Source of the DNA: an uncultured virus (IMG/VR IMGVR_UViG_3300035698_020436)
Taxonomy: Duplodnaviria; Heunggongvirae; Uroviricota; Caudoviricetes
IMG/VR virus record: IMGVR_UViG_3300035698_020436
DNA: 64,000 nucleotides
Direction: 5' to 3' (one strand)
The notes below the pieces were generated by a model. The model was not told the origin of the DNA, did no database searches, and saw only the letters and a program-made list of their open reading frames with translations. Positions 62,900-64,000 of this stretch are shown here, one piece after another (position 1 is the stretch's first letter; every line of letters starts with the position of its first letter). The position numbers were made by a program, and so were the translations under genes.

Positions 62900-64000
62900 T
62901 TATGCCTTTTGAATATGTTCATTCTTTAATACACCACGAGTATCAACTACTAACTGAGCACGACGGCCAATGTCCTCCCAGTCGTATTGAGAATGATTGG
63001 TGACAATTACTACTGCATCGTACTGTTCAATGAACTCTAAGGATGCCGACCGACGAATGGATTTATGACGGCGGGTTTCCCAGAGTTCAGGAATGAAAGG
63101 GTCATTATAACTCACAAGAGCCCCGGCCTCACTGAGGATTTTTATAATCTCCAACCCAGGGGATTCTCTCATATCATCAATGTCAGGCTTATAAGCAACA
63201 CCAAGAACAAGCACTTTACTCCCCTTCAAGGATTTCTCATGGTCATTCAGAGCTGCTGCAACCCGACCTACAACGTAATGAGGCATCTGAGTGTTGATCT
63301 CTCCTGCAAGCTCAATGAACCTGGTAGTTAAACCGAATTCCTTTGCTTTCCAAGTGAAATAGAATGGGTCAATGGGAATGCAATGGCCACCGAGTCCGGG
63401 GCCTGGATAGAAAGGCATAAATCCGAAAGGTTTGGTTTTAGCAGCTTCAATAGCTTCCCACAAATCAATGTCCATCTCAATACAAGCCATCTTCAGCTCG
63501 TTTATCATGGCAATGTTGACGGATCGGAAGATATTCTCCAGCAACTTAGTCATCTCTGCCACTTCAGGACTGCTTACAGGGTGGACGGTATCGATGACAG
63601 ATTCGTATAAAGCAACAGCTCGTCTGGTGCATTCGGGAGTCAGGCCTCCGACGACTTTAGTGATGTTACTTGTGTTGTATTCTGGGTTGCCTGGGTCTTC
63701 TCGTTCAGGGGAAAAGGCTAAGTGGAAATCTACTCCAGCTTTGAGGCCAGAAGTTTCCAGAATGGGCAACATCCGTTCTCTGGTTGTTCCGGGGTATGTA
63801 GATGACTCCAGAACGACCAAGGTGTCCTTCTGTAGGTACTTAGCTATCGTATGTGACGTTGCATCCACAAAAGACAAGTCAGGTTGTCTGTGGGCGTCTA
63901 AGGGGGTTGGGACGCATATGATAATAGTGCCACATTTCTTTAGATTTTCCATATCTGATGTGACAAGCATTGTCTGGTGTCGAGCATCTGTAAAAGACAT
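62900..64000 (-). CDS. UDP-N-acetylhexosamine 6-dehydrogenase (WbpA/WecC-like), 5' end beyond the window
   Basis: ICVPTP, ESSTYPGTT, SPEREDPGN, KLLEN, GPGLGGHCIPIDP, AYKPDIDD.RESP. Confidence 0.93.
   Translation of the reverse strand: MSFTDARHQTMLVTSDMENLKKCGTIIICVPTPLDAHRQPDLSFVDATSHTIAKYLQKDTLVVLESSTYPGTTRERMLPILETSGLKAGVDFHLAFSPEREDPGNPEYNTSNITKVVGGLTPECTRRAVALYESVIDTVHPVSSPEVAEMTKLLENIFRSVNIAMINELKMACIEMDIDLWEAIEAAKTKPFGFMPFYPGPGLGGHCIPIDPFYFTWKAKEFGLTTRFIELAGEINTQMPHYVVGRVAAALNDHEKSLKGSKVLVLGVAYKPDIDDMRESPGLEIIKILSEAGALVSYNDPFIPELWETRRHKSIRRSASLEFIEQYDAVVIVTNHSQYDWEDIGRRAQLVVDTRGVLKNEHIQKA

Noticed and set aside
1..64000. Genome-wide stop-codon reassignment to explain the TGA at 2730
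   Set aside because: TGA, TAG and TAA all end well-defined genes (e.g. ATGA overlap of cas8f/cas5f, TAG ending cas7f), and long genes are intact in code 11

Overview
This window looks like part of a large (jumbo-type) phage genome, an inference from gene content and layout: densely packed short hypothetical ORFs, no rRNA or tRNA seen, and standard code 11. Genes run leftward from 1 to 26.5 kb, rightward from 26.5 to 58.5 kb, then leftward again. A 38-bp bipartite element (GGCTTAGTTT-N8-TGTGGGTTGTTG-NNGTR) occurs 23 times, always pointing into downstream genes, with two copies back-to-back at the strand switch; it is most likely a phage-specific promoter. The window carries a type I-F CRISPR-Cas interference module (Cas3 without the Cas2 domain, Cas8f/5f/7f/6f, no cas1 in the window) and a 33-repeat array with heterogeneous repeats, followed directly by a WGR-PARP gene. 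Other recognisable genes are an NAD+-dependent DNA ligase, CinA/PncC, two RNA ligases, HAD and metallo-phosphoesterases, a DEDDh exonuclease, a fused restriction-modification-like protein and a nucleotide-sugar/glycosylation cluster. Two features are missing from the ORF track: a Cys-rich lipoprotein gene with an in-frame TGA followed by a SECIS-like hairpin (candidate phage selenoprotein), and a candidate pseudoknotted ncRNA. All calls are by eye from motifs; no database searches were run.
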